From assembly GCA_038831135.1 (NCBI GenBank), contig JAWBKW010000001.1, forward strand, positions 69,614 to 133,613: a DNA stretch of 64,000 nucleotides, in the 5' to 3' direction. Below are positions 47,001-57,398 of the stretch, piece by piece (the first letter of the stretch is position 1; each line of letters opens with the position of its first letter). The translations under genes were made by a program, and so were the position numbers. Origin of the DNA: Sulfolobales archaeon (lineage in GTDB: Archaea > Thermoproteota > Thermoprotei_A > Sulfolobales > NBVN01). The notes beneath the pieces were generated by a model. The model was not told the origin of the DNA, searched no databases, and saw nothing but the letters and a program-made list of their open reading frames with translations.

Positions 47001-48155
47001 ATGAGTGCTCAGAAGTCTTTGGTTGGTGTTTTGGTTGTTTTGGTTATTGTTGCTGGTGTTGGTGGTTACTTCGCTGGTTCTTCGGCTGTTCCACCACCTA
47101 AGACTATTACTACTACTGTTACTGGTGGTGCTCCAGCTACAGTGACTACTACCGTTACTACTAGGGTTACTGAGGTGGTTACTGTTACAGTTACTGCGAC
47201 TCCATCACCAACCACAACATCACCATCCCCAACACCAACTACGAGTCCTGTGACACCTTATAAGATAAGGATATTCACTGGTGGTACTGGAGGTGTGTAC
47301 TACCCGTTAGGGACAGCCATTGCTGAGTTTATGAATAAGTATTCGGGTGGCGTCATTTCGGCTACTGGCGTAACTAGTGGTGCCTCAGTAAGTAATGCTA
47401 GAGCTTTAGGGGCTAAGGATGCTGAGTTCGCATTAATTCAGAATGATGTGGCTTACTACGCATTTAAAGGGATCTACATGTTTAATGGTACTCCTATAAC
47501 TAATATTAGAGGTATTGCATCACTTTACCGTGAGTATATCCACATAATTGTGAGGGCGGATAGCGGCATTAACAGCGTCTACGACTTTACTGGTAAGAGA
47601 GTTGCTGTCGGTGCTCAAGGTAGTGGTGCAGCTGTAGAGGCTGAGATACTCTTAAGAGGTGCTGGTATGTGGGAGAAACTAATACCTCAGTACCTAGATT
47701 ATAACCAAGCGGCCGAAGCAATGAAGTTAGGCCAAATAGATGCCATAGTTATCTGTACAGGCATCGGTACATCAGCAATAGTTAATTTGGGGACAACCAC
47801 ACCAATTAAGATATTAAGCATACCTGATGATGTAGCACAAAGGCTCATGGCGCAGTATAAGTTCTTCGTTACGGGGATAATTCCGGCAGGTGCTTATCCA
47901 GGACAGAAGGAAGATGCTAGATCGTTGGCTGTTAAGGCAATAATAGTTGCTAGGGACGATATACCGGAAGATATAGTATATAAGTTCCTAAGCATAATGT
48001 ACGATCACCTAGATGAGTTAAAGAAGGTACACTCCAGAGCTGAGGAGATATCCCTACAAACAGCTTTAGAGGGTATGAATATACCCTTACATCCAGGAGC
48101 TATAAAGTTCTTCGAGAGTAAAGGAATAAGTGTACCTCAGGAGTTAAAGGGTTGA
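47001..48155 (+). CDS. TRAP transporter solute-binding protein, TAXI family, membrane-anchored via Thr/Pro-rich linker
   Basis: 384 aa. N-terminal TM, a TTVT/PSPT linker, and a TAXI-like core (GGTGGVYYPLG...). Confidence 0.8.
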   Translation: MSAQKSLVGVLVVLVIVAGVGGYFAGSSAVPPPKTITTTVTGGAPATVTTTVTTRVTEVVTVTVTATPSPTTTSPSPTPTTSPVTPYKIRIFTGGTGGVYYPLGTAIAEFMNKYSGGVISATGVTSGASVSNARALGAKDAEFALIQNDVAYYAFKGIYMFNGTPITNIRGIASLYREYIHIIVRADSGINSVYDFTGKRVAVGAQGSGAAVEAEILLRGAGMWEKLIPQYLDYNQAAEAMKLGQIDAIVICTGIGTSAIVNLGTTTPIKILSIPDDVAQRLMAQYKFFVTGIIPAGAYPGQKEDARSLAVKAIIVARDDIPEDIVYKFLSIMYDHLDELKKVHSRAEEISLQTALEGMNIPLHPGAIKFFESKGISVPQELKG

Positions 48156-48652
48156 AATCTGTAAAAACCGTTATACTAATTTTTTTCTTAACCCTGTTTT
48201 TCTTGGCTTTTACGTTAAATTATCTACACTTTAAGATCCTTAAAGTAATCATTGACAATAATGATGTATTATTACTTGAGGCTATATCAGTAAATATAAC
48301 AATTGTTTATACACATAGTTACCTACTCTCTGAGGTGCGTGAAGTTTATGATATCCGTAATGGACAGATATGTATTGCAGAGGTAATATGGCCTGTGGGA
48401 GGAGCTGGTGCACCAGCATCTCTTAATGATCTCGCCCACCTTAAAGGGGATATTATGGTTGATAATGGAAGATATATCGTAATTAATGCCGGATACTGTT
48501 TAGGTAAGTCATTAGCGATAGGGACAGCATTTATGAATGATTGGGAGGTATTCATTAACGGCTATAGAATTACTGAAGGGAAGGAAATAAGGTTCGAGTT
48601 AGGTGAAATTAACGGATTTCAGTATATAATGGCTAAAATAGGATTTAAGTAG
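48152..48652 (+). CDS. DUF1850-family protein
   Basis: 166 aa with an N-terminal TM. Typical small gene between the TAXI receptor and the fused permease. Contains a GGAGAP segment. Confidence 0.6.
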   Translation: MKSVKTVILIFFLTLFFLAFTLNYLHFKILKVIIDNNDVLLLEAISVNITIVYTHSYLLSEVREVYDIRNGQICIAEVIWPVGGAGAPASLNDLAHLKGDIMVDNGRYIVINAGYCLGKSLAIGTAFMNDWEVFINGYRITEGKEIRFELGEINGFQYIMAKIGFK

Positions 48653-48691
48653 ATATTTATTTTTAAATCCTCATTATTTACTTTTGGTTAG

Positions 48692-50860
48692 GTGTTTCCT
48701 TTGGGGGAAAGCATCGCTGCAACTGAGAGAGCCACGAAGGGACTTGCTTATAAGTTTGTCCTCACATTATCCGTAATTTTCACTATTTACGAATTATTTA
48801 TTATTATGGGTTTTAACTTCATACTCTACAACATATTAGATAAGTTAGGGATTCGGGCATTCTTCCTCCTCTACACCCCTGACCTCCAGCAAAGTATGGC
48901 ATTCTTAATGGGCATTCTATTGCTAACAGTCTACATAATTAAGCCGATGCGGAAGAAGGTTGGGGCTAAGATACCAATATATGATGTTGTTATTGGTGTA
49001 ATAGCGTTCATTTCGTTCTTTTACCTAGTCATAATGTATCCTGAAATAATTAGGTTCGGGTATCTTGAGCTAACCCTTGATAGAATAATAATGCCTGTAG
49101 TAGCTATTTTCCTCTTATTTGAGGCTGCTAGGAGAGCACTAGGTATAGCATTACCGCTCATAGCCTCAGTAATTATGTTATCAGGATTTTATTATGAAGG
49201 CTTCAACCTCAGACTCTTTCTCAACCATATGTATTACTCTAGGGAAGGTATATTTTCAATACCTCTCTTCGTGATGACTTCCTACGTTTTTGCATTCATA
49301 TTTTTTGGCGCCATACTTGAGAAGATGGGTATTGGAAAATACATAACTGAGTTAATGTTAAGTGCCTTCGGAAGGAGATCCGGAGGTCCTGCCAAAACTG
49401 CAGTAGTTGCTAGCGCGTTCCTAGGCACAATCTCAGGGAGCTCGGTAGCTAACGTCTTAACGACAGGAACGTTTACAATACCACTTATGAAGAGGGCTGG
49501 CTACCCGCCTGAAGTTGCTGGAGCTATAGAACCAGCGGCATCAACCGGAGGTCAGATCATGCCCCCTATTATGGGTGCAGCAGCATTCATTATGGCTGAA
49601 TTCCTTGGAAGGCCTTATAGGGATATAATGATTGCAGCAGCTATTCCGGCTATCGCGTACTTTGCATCAATATATGTTTTCGTAGATAGACTAACTAAGA
49701 AACTAGATATTAAGCCATTGCAGGGTGAAGCACTCCCAACGTTTAAGACTTTAGTTGGTAAGATTTACTTATTGCTACCTATCCCATTAATAACTTATTT
49801 ACTGCTTGCTGGTTTAGAACCACACTATGCTGTTATAGGGTCGTTGGGCGTTGCTATAATAGTTGCTTGGTTTGCTAGACCCTACATATCTTTAGGTTCT
49901 AAAATAATATATATGTTAACCGTGGTTATCGCAGGTACACTAGCTTACTTAACAGGGGTTTCTATAAGTACTTCTCTCTATTTCTCAGGCGTCTTATCTC
50001 TGATCCTAGCAGTTATTGTCGGTTTCTTAATTAAGGGCGGTAGGGAGTTAGTTAATAACGTTATTGACGCATTTAACTCTGCTTTGAGGACCTCGGTTTC
50101 TATTTTCTTAGCTGGTTCTCTAGCTGGTATGATTCAGGGTGTTTTGACCATGACTGGTTGGGCTACATTAGTTGGGTATAGGTTAATAGATATTGTCGGC
50201 GGTAGCATCATCTTGTTAATGATTAGTGTTATGGCTATTAGTCTCATACTCGGTATGGGAGTCCCCACAACAGCTAATTACATTATAACTACAACTATAT
50301 CAGGTGTTGCTTTAGGGAGCGCTATCGCTAATTGGAGCGGTATGCCTTTTAAGTCAGCACTCCTTACGGCTCATATGTTTATATTCTACTTCGGTATATT
50401 GGCAGACCTCACGCCACCTGTTGCTCTTGCATCATACGCTGGTGCTACGTTAGCTAAATCAAAGTTTTGGAAAACAGCACTAAATGCCTCAATGTATGCT
50501 TTAGCTGGTTACTTAGTCCCATACATATTCGCGACTAACCCCACACTGTTAATAGTTACTGTACCTCAATGGGATTTTGCAACAATAACCTCATTTATAA
50601 ATGGATTAGTTGCTATTGGATCAACGATGCTGCTTCTCAGTTCAGGCATCATAGGATGGTTAGGGGGACCTTTAAGCAGGATTCAGCAGATAATAATTAC
50701 TGTCGCAGGGTTCTTAACTTACGGTTCAACAATCATGTTAAGATACGGATCTCTAACAGATTTGATGCCTCCGATATATGCCATAATCATCTTATCGTAT
50801 TTAATGATATACTTCCTCAACCTTAGGAAGTATAGAGGAAAAGCACTTCCAAGGGCGTAA
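48692..50860 (+). CDS. TRAP transporter fused 4TM/12TM permease
   Basis: 722 aa, polytopic membrane protein, in the TAXI operon context. Confidence 0.8.
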   Translation: MFPLGESIAATERATKGLAYKFVLTLSVIFTIYELFIIMGFNFILYNILDKLGIRAFFLLYTPDLQQSMAFLMGILLLTVYIIKPMRKKVGAKIPIYDVVIGVIAFISFFYLVIMYPEIIRFGYLELTLDRIIMPVVAIFLLFEAARRALGIALPLIASVIMLSGFYYEGFNLRLFLNHMYYSREGIFSIPLFVMTSYVFAFIFFGAILEKMGIGKYITELMLSAFGRRSGGPAKTAVVASAFLGTISGSSVANVLTTGTFTIPLMKRAGYPPEVAGAIEPAASTGGQIMPPIMGAAAFIMAEFLGRPYRDIMIAAAIPAIAYFASIYVFVDRLTKKLDIKPLQGEALPTFKTLVGKIYLLLPIPLITYLLLAGLEPHYAVIGSLGVAIIVAWFARPYISLGSKIIYMLTVVIAGTLAYLTGVSISTSLYFSGVLSLILAVIVGFLIKGGRELVNNVIDAFNSALRTSVSIFLAGSLAGMIQGVLTMTGWATLVGYRLIDIVGGSIILLMISVMAISLILGMGVPTTANYIITTTISGVALGSAIANWSGMPFKSALLTAHMFIFYFGILADLTPPVALASYAGATLAKSKFWKTALNASMYALAGYLVPYIFATNPTLLIVTVPQWDFATITSFINGLVAIGSTMLLLSSGIIGWLGGPLSRIQQIIITVAGFLTYGSTIMLRYGSLTDLMPPIYAIIILSYLMIYFLNLRKYRGKALPRA

Positions 50861-50899
50861 TTAATAAAGTTTATTTACTTAGACCCCCACTACTATAGG

Positions 50900-51892
50900 G
50901 TGTTCTCAAGTATGAAAGTAGGCATCTATGGTTTTGGAGTTATTGGGAGGATTCTTGCTCTAACAGCTATTGAGAGAGGTCATGAAATTGTAGGTGCGGT
51001 TGATATAAGGGAGGACCTTATTGGTAAGGATGTAGGTACTCTCCTAGGTTTAGGTAGTTTAGGTGTTTCAGTAAGTAATGATGTTAATTCATTAGCTGAT
51101 GCTAACGTCGTTCTTCATGCTACTGGCACTTTCTTGGATAAGGTTTATGGTCAGTTAGTTAGTATAATCGAATTAGGTCTTCCGGTAGTATCTACTTGTG
51201 AGACCCTTGCATACCCTTACTATAGGTATCCAGTCCTAGCTAGGAATCTAGATAATTTAGCCAGAGAGTATGGTTCACTAGTTATAGGTGCTGGAGTTAA
51301 TCCGGGTTATATCTGGGATGCTTTAGTTGTTACGTTAAGCGCTTCAGTTCCTGTAGTTAAGAAAATAACTGCCGTTAGGTCATTTGACGCTGCTAAGAGG
51401 AGGGAACCCTTTAGGAAGAAAGTAGGGGTAGGACTTAATCCTGACGAATTTAAGAGTGCCCTATCCGAAGGTAGATTAACAGGTCATGTTGGATATGCTG
51501 AGTCAATATATCTTATCCTTACTGCGGCTGGGGTTCAACCAAGTAAGGTAATTGAGTCTCAAGAACCTGTCGTAGCCCAGGAGAGGGTTGAGTCTTCAGG
51601 TACGATTGTTGAGAGAGGACGTGTTGCTGGCATTAGGGGGGTTGGGGTAGGGTACTTAGATGAGAACGAGTTTATCAGGTTAGAGTTCCTAGCTTATGTA
51701 GGTGCACCCGAATATGATGAAATCGTAATAGAAAGTAGAGACCATGTTATCAGGTGGAGGGGTGCAGGTATTCAAGGAGATAAGGCTACCGCATCAACAA
51801 TCCTGAGCGTAGCTGAGAAAACTCCTTCGCTACCCCCTGGACTACATTTAATAACGGAACTCCTACCATTTAACATACGAATAGTTAGGTAA
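50900..51892 (+). CDS. NAD(P)-dependent oxidoreductase, DapB-like / amine dehydrogenase (2,4-diaminopentanoate dehydrogenase-like) family
   Basis: 330 aa. N-terminal Rossmann KVGIYGFGVIGR and a DapB-like architecture. Confidence 0.55.
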   Translation: MFSSMKVGIYGFGVIGRILALTAIERGHEIVGAVDIREDLIGKDVGTLLGLGSLGVSVSNDVNSLADANVVLHATGTFLDKVYGQLVSIIELGLPVVSTCETLAYPYYRYPVLARNLDNLAREYGSLVIGAGVNPGYIWDALVVTLSASVPVVKKITAVRSFDAAKRREPFRKKVGVGLNPDEFKSALSEGRLTGHVGYAESIYLILTAAGVQPSKVIESQEPVVAQERVESSGTIVERGRVAGIRGVGVGYLDENEFIRLEFLAYVGAPEYDEIVIESRDHVIRWRGAGIQGDKATASTILSVAEKTPSLPPGLHLITELLPFNIRIVR

Positions 51893-51951
51893 GTAATAAG
51901 GCTCTATCCTGATTATTAAAAACTCCACTTACATTCTACACTCTCAAGTTA

Positions 51952-53181
51952 TTAGGTTAGGGAATTAATTTCCTCTCTACACGTTTTCGCTAATCTTCTA
52001 ATACCTTCAAAGATTTCGTCCTCGCTCGGGTACGAGAAGTTTAGCCTCATAGCGTTCTTTACATCCCTATTCACGTAGAAAGCCTCGCTTGGGACGTAGA
52101 CTACGCCGTTCTTTACAGCTCTTTCAAGCATTTGTGTAGTATCTAATTTAGTGGGACCGGATACCCAGACAAACATCCCTCCTGCTGGTTTAGTCCACTG
52201 AAATTCTTTTGGCATATACGTATCTAAGGATTCAAGCATGGACTTCAACTTAGATCTATAGAACTCTCTTATCTTTAGCACATGCTGTTCTAGCCAACCC
52301 CTCCTCACATACTCTGCGGCTATGTACTGGCATAAAGGACTTGTATGGAGGTCGCGACGTTGTTTAACTATTTCAAACTTGCTGATGATTTCCGGCTCCG
52401 CTACAATCCACCCAACTCTTAACCCCGGCGCGAGGGTCTTCGAGAAAGACCCAAGGTAGATAACCCTTCCCTCAGAATCCCAGTACTTTATAGGTGGTGG
52501 AGGGTCCTCTTTAGAGTAACTTAACTCGCGGTACGCATCATCTTCTATAATTAAAAAATCATATCTGTTAGCAAGTTCTAGTAGATGCTTCCTTCTATCC
52601 TCACTCATTGTAACCCCAGCCGGATTATGGAAAGTAGGTATAGTGTAGATAAACTTGATCTTCCTATCATTAGCTTTTAACTCATTAAGCTCATCCTCAA
52701 GTATGTCAACTCTCATACCTTCATCATCAATAGGTACTTGAACGAACTCAGGGTTATACTGAGCGAATGCGTCAATAGCATTAGTATATGTTGGTGCCTC
52801 CATCGCCACAATATCCCCAGGATTGATAAAGACCATACCGGCTAAATCAAGCGCCTGAGCCGAACCAGTAGTTATTAGAACATCAGCATTTGATGTACGG
52901 ACTTGATATCTTCTCTCCATAAATCTCTTAATCTCATCTATAAGTACTGAACACCCCGGAGTTGGCCCATACTGGAGGACATTATCCCAATACTTTCCAA
53001 GGACCTCATTTATAAGTTCCTTGATTATCTCAACAGGGAAAGTGCTAGGATGAGGTCTACCTCCAGTTAATGCAATAATATCTCCTTTACCTGGGTACCT
53101 CTTTACCAAATCCCTAATTACTGAAGACTTCATCTCTAATACTTTCCTTGAAAAATAACCACCCTTCAACACCACACCCAA
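51952..53181 (-). CDS. PLP-dependent aminotransferase, class I/II
   Basis: 409 aa. The SFSKTLAPGLRVGW PLP-lysine motif and a 2-aminoadipate/aromatic aminotransferase-like layout. Confidence 0.8.
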   Translation of the reverse strand: MGVVLKGGYFSRKVLEMKSSVIRDLVKRYPGKGDIIALTGGRPHPSTFPVEIIKELINEVLGKYWDNVLQYGPTPGCSVLIDEIKRFMERRYQVRTSNADVLITTGSAQALDLAGMVFINPGDIVAMEAPTYTNAIDAFAQYNPEFVQVPIDDEGMRVDILEDELNELKANDRKIKFIYTIPTFHNPAGVTMSEDRRKHLLELANRYDFLIIEDDAYRELSYSKEDPPPPIKYWDSEGRVIYLGSFSKTLAPGLRVGWIVAEPEIISKFEIVKQRRDLHTSPLCQYIAAEYVRRGWLEQHVLKIREFYRSKLKSMLESLDTYMPKEFQWTKPAGGMFVWVSGPTKLDTTQMLERAVKNGVVYVPSEAFYVNRDVKNAMRLNFSYPSEDEIFEGIRRLAKTCREEINSLT

Positions 53182-53482
53182 TGAATATTAAAGTATAAGT
53201 TAATAACTTGATATATAGTAACTAACCAACAGGTGTAAGTTTTGAGGATGTATGTAAGTGGAAGCCCGTTAAGTTCCCGTTCACCATTAGGAATCCATCA
53301 GGGTTAATAGGTGTTTCTTGTTTTACAGAGATCTTTGAGGGTCGGGGTACACCTGATGGTCTTATTTACTTCGACCTTACCCATGTAGGTAACGAAGTTG
53401 TTGAAAAAGTGCCTTACACATATAAGTTCTTACTTAGTCATGGATTAGATCTACTTAAGGAATCATATACATCAATTGCTGC

Positions 53483-54001
53483 TTATTGCGTTTCGTTTTG
53501 CGGTTGTTTCTGGCTTTTAATTTTATTAGCAAGTATTTCCATAAGTGTTTCTTCCTCTAAAGCGTGTCTCTCTTCTTGGGTTAATTCGTTTGGGAGCCAT
53601 TGTGGTCTGGTTTTATTTTCGAAGTATGCTCTAATAGCTCTTCTTAGAGCCCCGACGGCAAGCACCCCGCAATGATATTTAACAGGAGGTAGCCCACCTA
53701 ATTCGTTGGATATGTCACGCCATGAAATATTCCAAGCCTCCTGAAGACTCCTTCCTTTAATCATTTCAGTAAGTATGCTTGCAGCCGCTATGTTTGCGGC
53801 ACATCCGTAACTCTCGAACCTCGCGTCTGTTATAGTCCCGCTTAATTCGTCAATCCTTAAATATATAGCGATCATGTCGCCGCATGCTAAGCTACCTGCA
53901 AGCGCTTGAGCGTCAGCATTATCTATCTTACCTAGGTTCTTAGGGTTTCGGAAAAGTTCCAATACCTTCCTCCCGTATGCTAGCGGTACACGGCTTGACA
54001 C
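53483..54001 (-). CDS. iscU: IscU/NifU-N-like Fe-S cluster scaffold with C-terminal extension
   Basis: 172 aa. Three ligand Cys in LACGD, YGCAANIAA and HCGVLA. About 40 extra charged C-terminal residues. Confidence 0.8.
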   Translation of the reverse strand: MSSRVPLAYGRKVLELFRNPKNLGKIDNADAQALAGSLACGDMIAIYLRIDELSGTITDARFESYGCAANIAAASILTEMIKGRSLQEAWNISWRDISNELGGLPPVKYHCGVLAVGALRRAIRAYFENKTRPQWLPNELTQEERHALEEETLMEILANKIKSQKQPQNETQ

Positions 54002-54007
54002 TTTTCA

Positions 54008-55243
54008 TCACCGCTTAAAATGCTTTATAGGGCTTAAAGATCTTATTCTCCCAACAACATCCGGCAATACCTCTATAACGTAGTTTATATCATCTATGGT
54101 ATGGAATGGTGAGATCTTCATCAATAGACTTCCATGAGCCTCTTCATATCTACGTCCAATAGCTAAGAGTATATGGCTTGGTTCTAATATACGACTAGTA
54201 CATGCGCTCCCGCTTGAGACATAGATACCCTTCATACTTAACTCTACGGTTAAGGCCTCACCTTCACAGTAGAGAAAACTAATATTTACGTTGTCTGGTG
54301 CACGTCTATTTCCTCTAGGTCCGTTAAGTAATGTATGTTCGATGTGATTTAAGACTCCGTCAATTAATCTGTCTCTGAGCTCAGACATCTTCGAAACAAT
54401 ATTGTTGAAGTTCTTATGCATTATATCAACTGCTTTAGAGAAGCCGAGGATCGCAGGAACGTTTTCAACGCCTGGCCAAAGTTTTTGGGTACTGACTTGA
54501 CCGTAGATTACTGGTTCTAGCTTTACTTCCTCCCTAACGTATAAGGCCCCAACTCCTTTAGGTCCGTAAACCTTATGGCTGCTGAACGATGCAAGGTCTA
54601 AACCAAGTTTCCTCATATCTAAGGGGATTCTCCCAAGGGCATCACAAGCATCTGTGTGAATTAGAATACCTTCATCTTTATCTTTAACTACGTCTCTCAC
54701 AGCCTTCATATCCTGGATCGTACCTATTTCGTGATTTACTATTCCAATACTTACTAGGAGTGTTTCCCTATCTACGTTTTCTGAGAGCAGGTCAAGATTT
54801 ATGAAGCCTTCCTCATCAACAGGCACTTTAATTATTCTGTAGCCGTACTTCCTAAACTTCTCTGCTGGGAATAAAACGCTTAAATGCTCAATACTAGAAA
54901 CAACGATCTTCTTCCTATCAGGTGACGATCCTATAGAACCCATTATTGCTAAATTATTTGCTTCACTACCGCTATGGGTGTAAACCAACTCTTCGGGACT
55001 GCAGTTAATTGATGATGCTATTCTTTCGGTTGCTTCATATAGTGATTGATAACTCATCCAACCTAGTAGATGGGATATTGATGGGTGTCCCCTACCAACA
55101 CCCCTATAAGCATTAACCATAAACTCTAGCGCTTCAGGGAATATCATTCCTGAATTTTCATGATCTAGGTAAACCTCTCTCTTCGGAATACCATGTGCTT
55201 CTATTAACTCATTCACAGATTTAGATAAGTCACTATAGCTCAA
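54008..55243 (-). CDS. iscS: cysteine desulfurase (class V aminotransferase, IscS/NifS-like)
   Basis: 411 aa. PLP lysine in SFSSHKVYGPKG and active-site loop SSGSACTS. Confidence 0.85.
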   Translation of the reverse strand: MSYSDLSKSVNELIEAHGIPKREVYLDHENSGMIFPEALEFMVNAYRGVGRGHPSISHLLGWMSYQSLYEATERIASSINCSPEELVYTHSGSEANNLAIMGSIGSSPDRKKIVVSSIEHLSVLFPAEKFRKYGYRIIKVPVDEEGFINLDLLSENVDRETLLVSIGIVNHEIGTIQDMKAVRDVVKDKDEGILIHTDACDALGRIPLDMRKLGLDLASFSSHKVYGPKGVGALYVREEVKLEPVIYGQVSTQKLWPGVENVPAILGFSKAVDIMHKNFNNIVSKMSELRDRLIDGVLNHIEHTLLNGPRGNRRAPDNVNISFLYCEGEALTVELSMKGIYVSSGSACTSRILEPSHILLAIGRRYEEAHGSLLMKISPFHTIDDINYVIEVLPDVVGRIRSLSPIKHFKR

Positions 55244-55479
55244 TCTAATACCTCCACATATATTTCATAGGTGTCGTCTTCTTTAGTAACATCGATAACT
55301 CTATGACCCACATTCATAGCCCATGCCCTCACATCTTCAGGTGCTGCAGGATCCGTAGCTAACAACTTAATTACTTGACCAGGTTTAGACCTCATAACGA
55401 CCTCAACTAATGCTAATAGAGGTCCTGGACATGATTTATACCTGGCATCAATTACGATGTCAGCTTCCAAGGAAGTCAC
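55240..55479 (-). CDS. tusA: TusA/SirA-like sulfurtransferase
   Basis: 79 aa. The conserved D.R...CPGP motif. 4-nt overlap with iscS. Confidence 0.8.
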   Translation of the reverse strand: MTSLEADIVIDARYKSCPGPLLALVEVVMRSKPGQVIKLLATDPAAPEDVRAWAMNVGHRVIDVTKEDDTYEIYVEVLD

Positions 55480-55482
55480 CGA

Positions 55483-55893
55483 CTAAGAAATGAATAACGT
55501 TATATTTGAATCCTTTGCACTATTTAAGAAGGTTGCAGCGCCAACAACACCATCTACATAATCTACTAGGTCGTTCGTCTTAATATTTAATAAGCTCATA
55601 GTTGTTGAACATGCATATATTTTGAGTTTGCCGCTTTTCTTGCCATGCATTATTAACTCGTTCCAGCTAAGTAGTGCTCCAGAAACCATAGCATTTCTCA
55701 AATCATCCTCAAACATCTTATAGTCAGAGCTCACCTCATTAGGTACGTAGTTCTTCTTGAGTGCTAAGAGACCCCAAAAAGTGAAAAACATCTCAGACTC
55801 CCATCCCATGTTCGCAGCTGTTACCGCCAGAGTAGCAGCAGGATATAATTTATCAATCCTCTCTGACGCAATTATTATAGATATTTTACTCAT
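55483..55893 (-). CDS. DsrE/DsrF-like family protein
   Basis: 136 aa. DsrE2/COG2210-like layout with a conserved Cys in IYACSTT. Confidence 0.65.
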   Translation of the reverse strand: MSKISIIIASERIDKLYPAATLAVTAANMGWESEMFFTFWGLLALKKNYVPNEVSSDYKMFEDDLRNAMVSGALLSWNELIMHGKKSGKLKIYACSTTMSLLNIKTNDLVDYVDGVVGAATFLNSAKDSNITLFIS

Positions 55894-56031
55894 CTAAACA
55901 CCTAATATTATCATATATAACACTGTTATATATCTTTTATAGATTGTTAGTCGATATTAGGAGGTGAATTTATTTTAAAGCTTATATATCTTTTAGTGTA
56001 TACTGAAAAGGCGTAATGGTGGTAATCACTA

Positions 56032-56481
56032 ATGCCTGAAGCTACGTTTAAACACATAGTTAGGGTAGCTGGTACTGATTTGAATGGTAATCTTAAGTTA
56101 CAGTATGGTTTATTAAGGATTAAGGGGGTTGGTTATCAATTAGCTACATACATCGTTAGGGTTTTAGGTTTAAGCCCTAACCTAAGGATCGGTTATCTTT
56201 CGGATAGCGATGTTAGAAATATAGAGAATGTTTTAACTAATCCCCTAGGCTATGGAATACCTTCTTGGGCCTTAAATAGAAGGAAGGACTATGTCTCAGG
56301 CGCTGATCAGCATTTTATTGGTGCAGACCTTATGTATGTTGCTAGGGAGGATATTGAGAGGGAAAAGAGGATTAAGTCTTGGAGAGGCATTAGACACGCA
56401 TTAGGTCTTAAGGTTAGGGGTCAGAGGACTCACACAACTGGTAGGTTAGGACCTACCTTAGGTGTGAGTAAGAAGAAGTGA
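56032..56481 (+). CDS. rps13: ribosomal protein uS13
   Basis: 149 aa, first gene of the alpha-operon-like block. Confidence 0.9.
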   Translation: MPEATFKHIVRVAGTDLNGNLKLQYGLLRIKGVGYQLATYIVRVLGLSPNLRIGYLSDSDVRNIENVLTNPLGYGIPSWALNRRKDYVSGADQHFIGADLMYVAREDIEREKRIKSWRGIRHALGLKVRGQRTHTTGRLGPTLGVSKKK

Positions 56482-56487
56482 TGAACT

Positions 56488-56988
56488 ATGGGAGATCCTA
56501 AAAAATCACGTAAGAAGTGGGAAAGACCTGGACATCCATGGATTAAGGATAGGCTGGCTAGGGAATTAGAACTTATTGGGAAGTACGGACTAAGGAATAA
56601 GAGGGAGATATGGACAGCACAGACATTCCTTAGAGAGTTAAGAAATAAGGCTAAAGCCCTACTTTCATTACCGCCTGATGTGAGAATCGTCAAAGAGAAG
56701 CAATTAGTTTCAAAGCTCTACGCTATGGGACTCCTAGAGACTGATGCTTCAGTATTGGAAGATATTCTTGGTTTAGATGTTGAGGATGTGTTGGAGAGGA
56801 GGTTGCAAAGTATAGTTTTTAAGAAGGGACTCGCTAAAAGTATATACCATGCCAGGCAGTTAGTAGTACACGGTCATATAGCTATCGGTTCTCGTAAGGT
56901 TACATCACCAGGTTATCTAGTTTCTAGAAATGAAGAGAACTTAATTAATTTAGTCTCCAAGGCTCCTCAAATAGTTGTTAGAGGGTAG
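56488..56988 (+). CDS. rps4: ribosomal protein uS4
   Basis: 166 aa with an S4 RNA-binding domain ([28 protein letters not shown]). Confidence 0.9.
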   Translation: MGDPKKSRKKWERPGHPWIKDRLARELELIGKYGLRNKREIWTAQTFLRELRNKAKALLSLPPDVRIVKEKQLVSKLYAMGLLETDASVLEDILGLDVEDVLERRLQSIVFKKGLAKSIYHARQLVVHGHIAIGSRKVTSPGYLVSRNEENLINLVSKAPQIVVRG

Positions 56989-56999
56989 GAGGTGTTAAC

Positions 57000-57398
57000 A
57001 TGTTTTCAGTAAGAGAGATTAAATGGGGCGTTGCGCATATCTTCAGTTCCTTCAATAACACCATAATTAACATAACTGATGTAAGTGGTGCTGAAACCAT
57101 ATCCAAGGCTTCTGGTGGTATGGTCGTTAAAGCTGATAGGGAAAAACCCTCACCATACACAGCTATGATGATTGCTTATAGAGCCGCTCAAGACGCTATG
57201 GATAAGGGTATAGGTGCTATACATATTAAGGTCAGAGGTCCTGGAGAACATGGACCAAAGATACCTGGACCCGGCGCTCAAGCAGCTATAAGAGCATTGG
57301 CTAGAGCTGGTTTCATAATAGGTAGAATAGAGGACGTCACACCAATACCCCACGATACTACTAGGAGGCCTGGCGGTAGACGCGGACGTAGAGTCTAG
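57000..57398 (+). CDS. rps11: ribosomal protein uS11
   Basis: 132 aa, in the expected operon position. Confidence 0.9.
   Translation: MFSVREIKWGVAHIFSSFNNTIINITDVSGAETISKASGGMVVKADREKPSPYTAMMIAYRAAQDAMDKGIGAIHIKVRGPGEHGPKIPGPGAQAAIRALARAGFIIGRIEDVTPIPHDTTRRPGGRRGRRV

Noticed and set aside
53409-53675. 88-aa plus-strand ORF spanning the iscU 3' end and the upstream gap.
   Set aside because: It overlaps iscU on the opposite strand, has low-complexity Cys/Leu/Ser composition, and has no SD or TATA context. It is most likely spurious.
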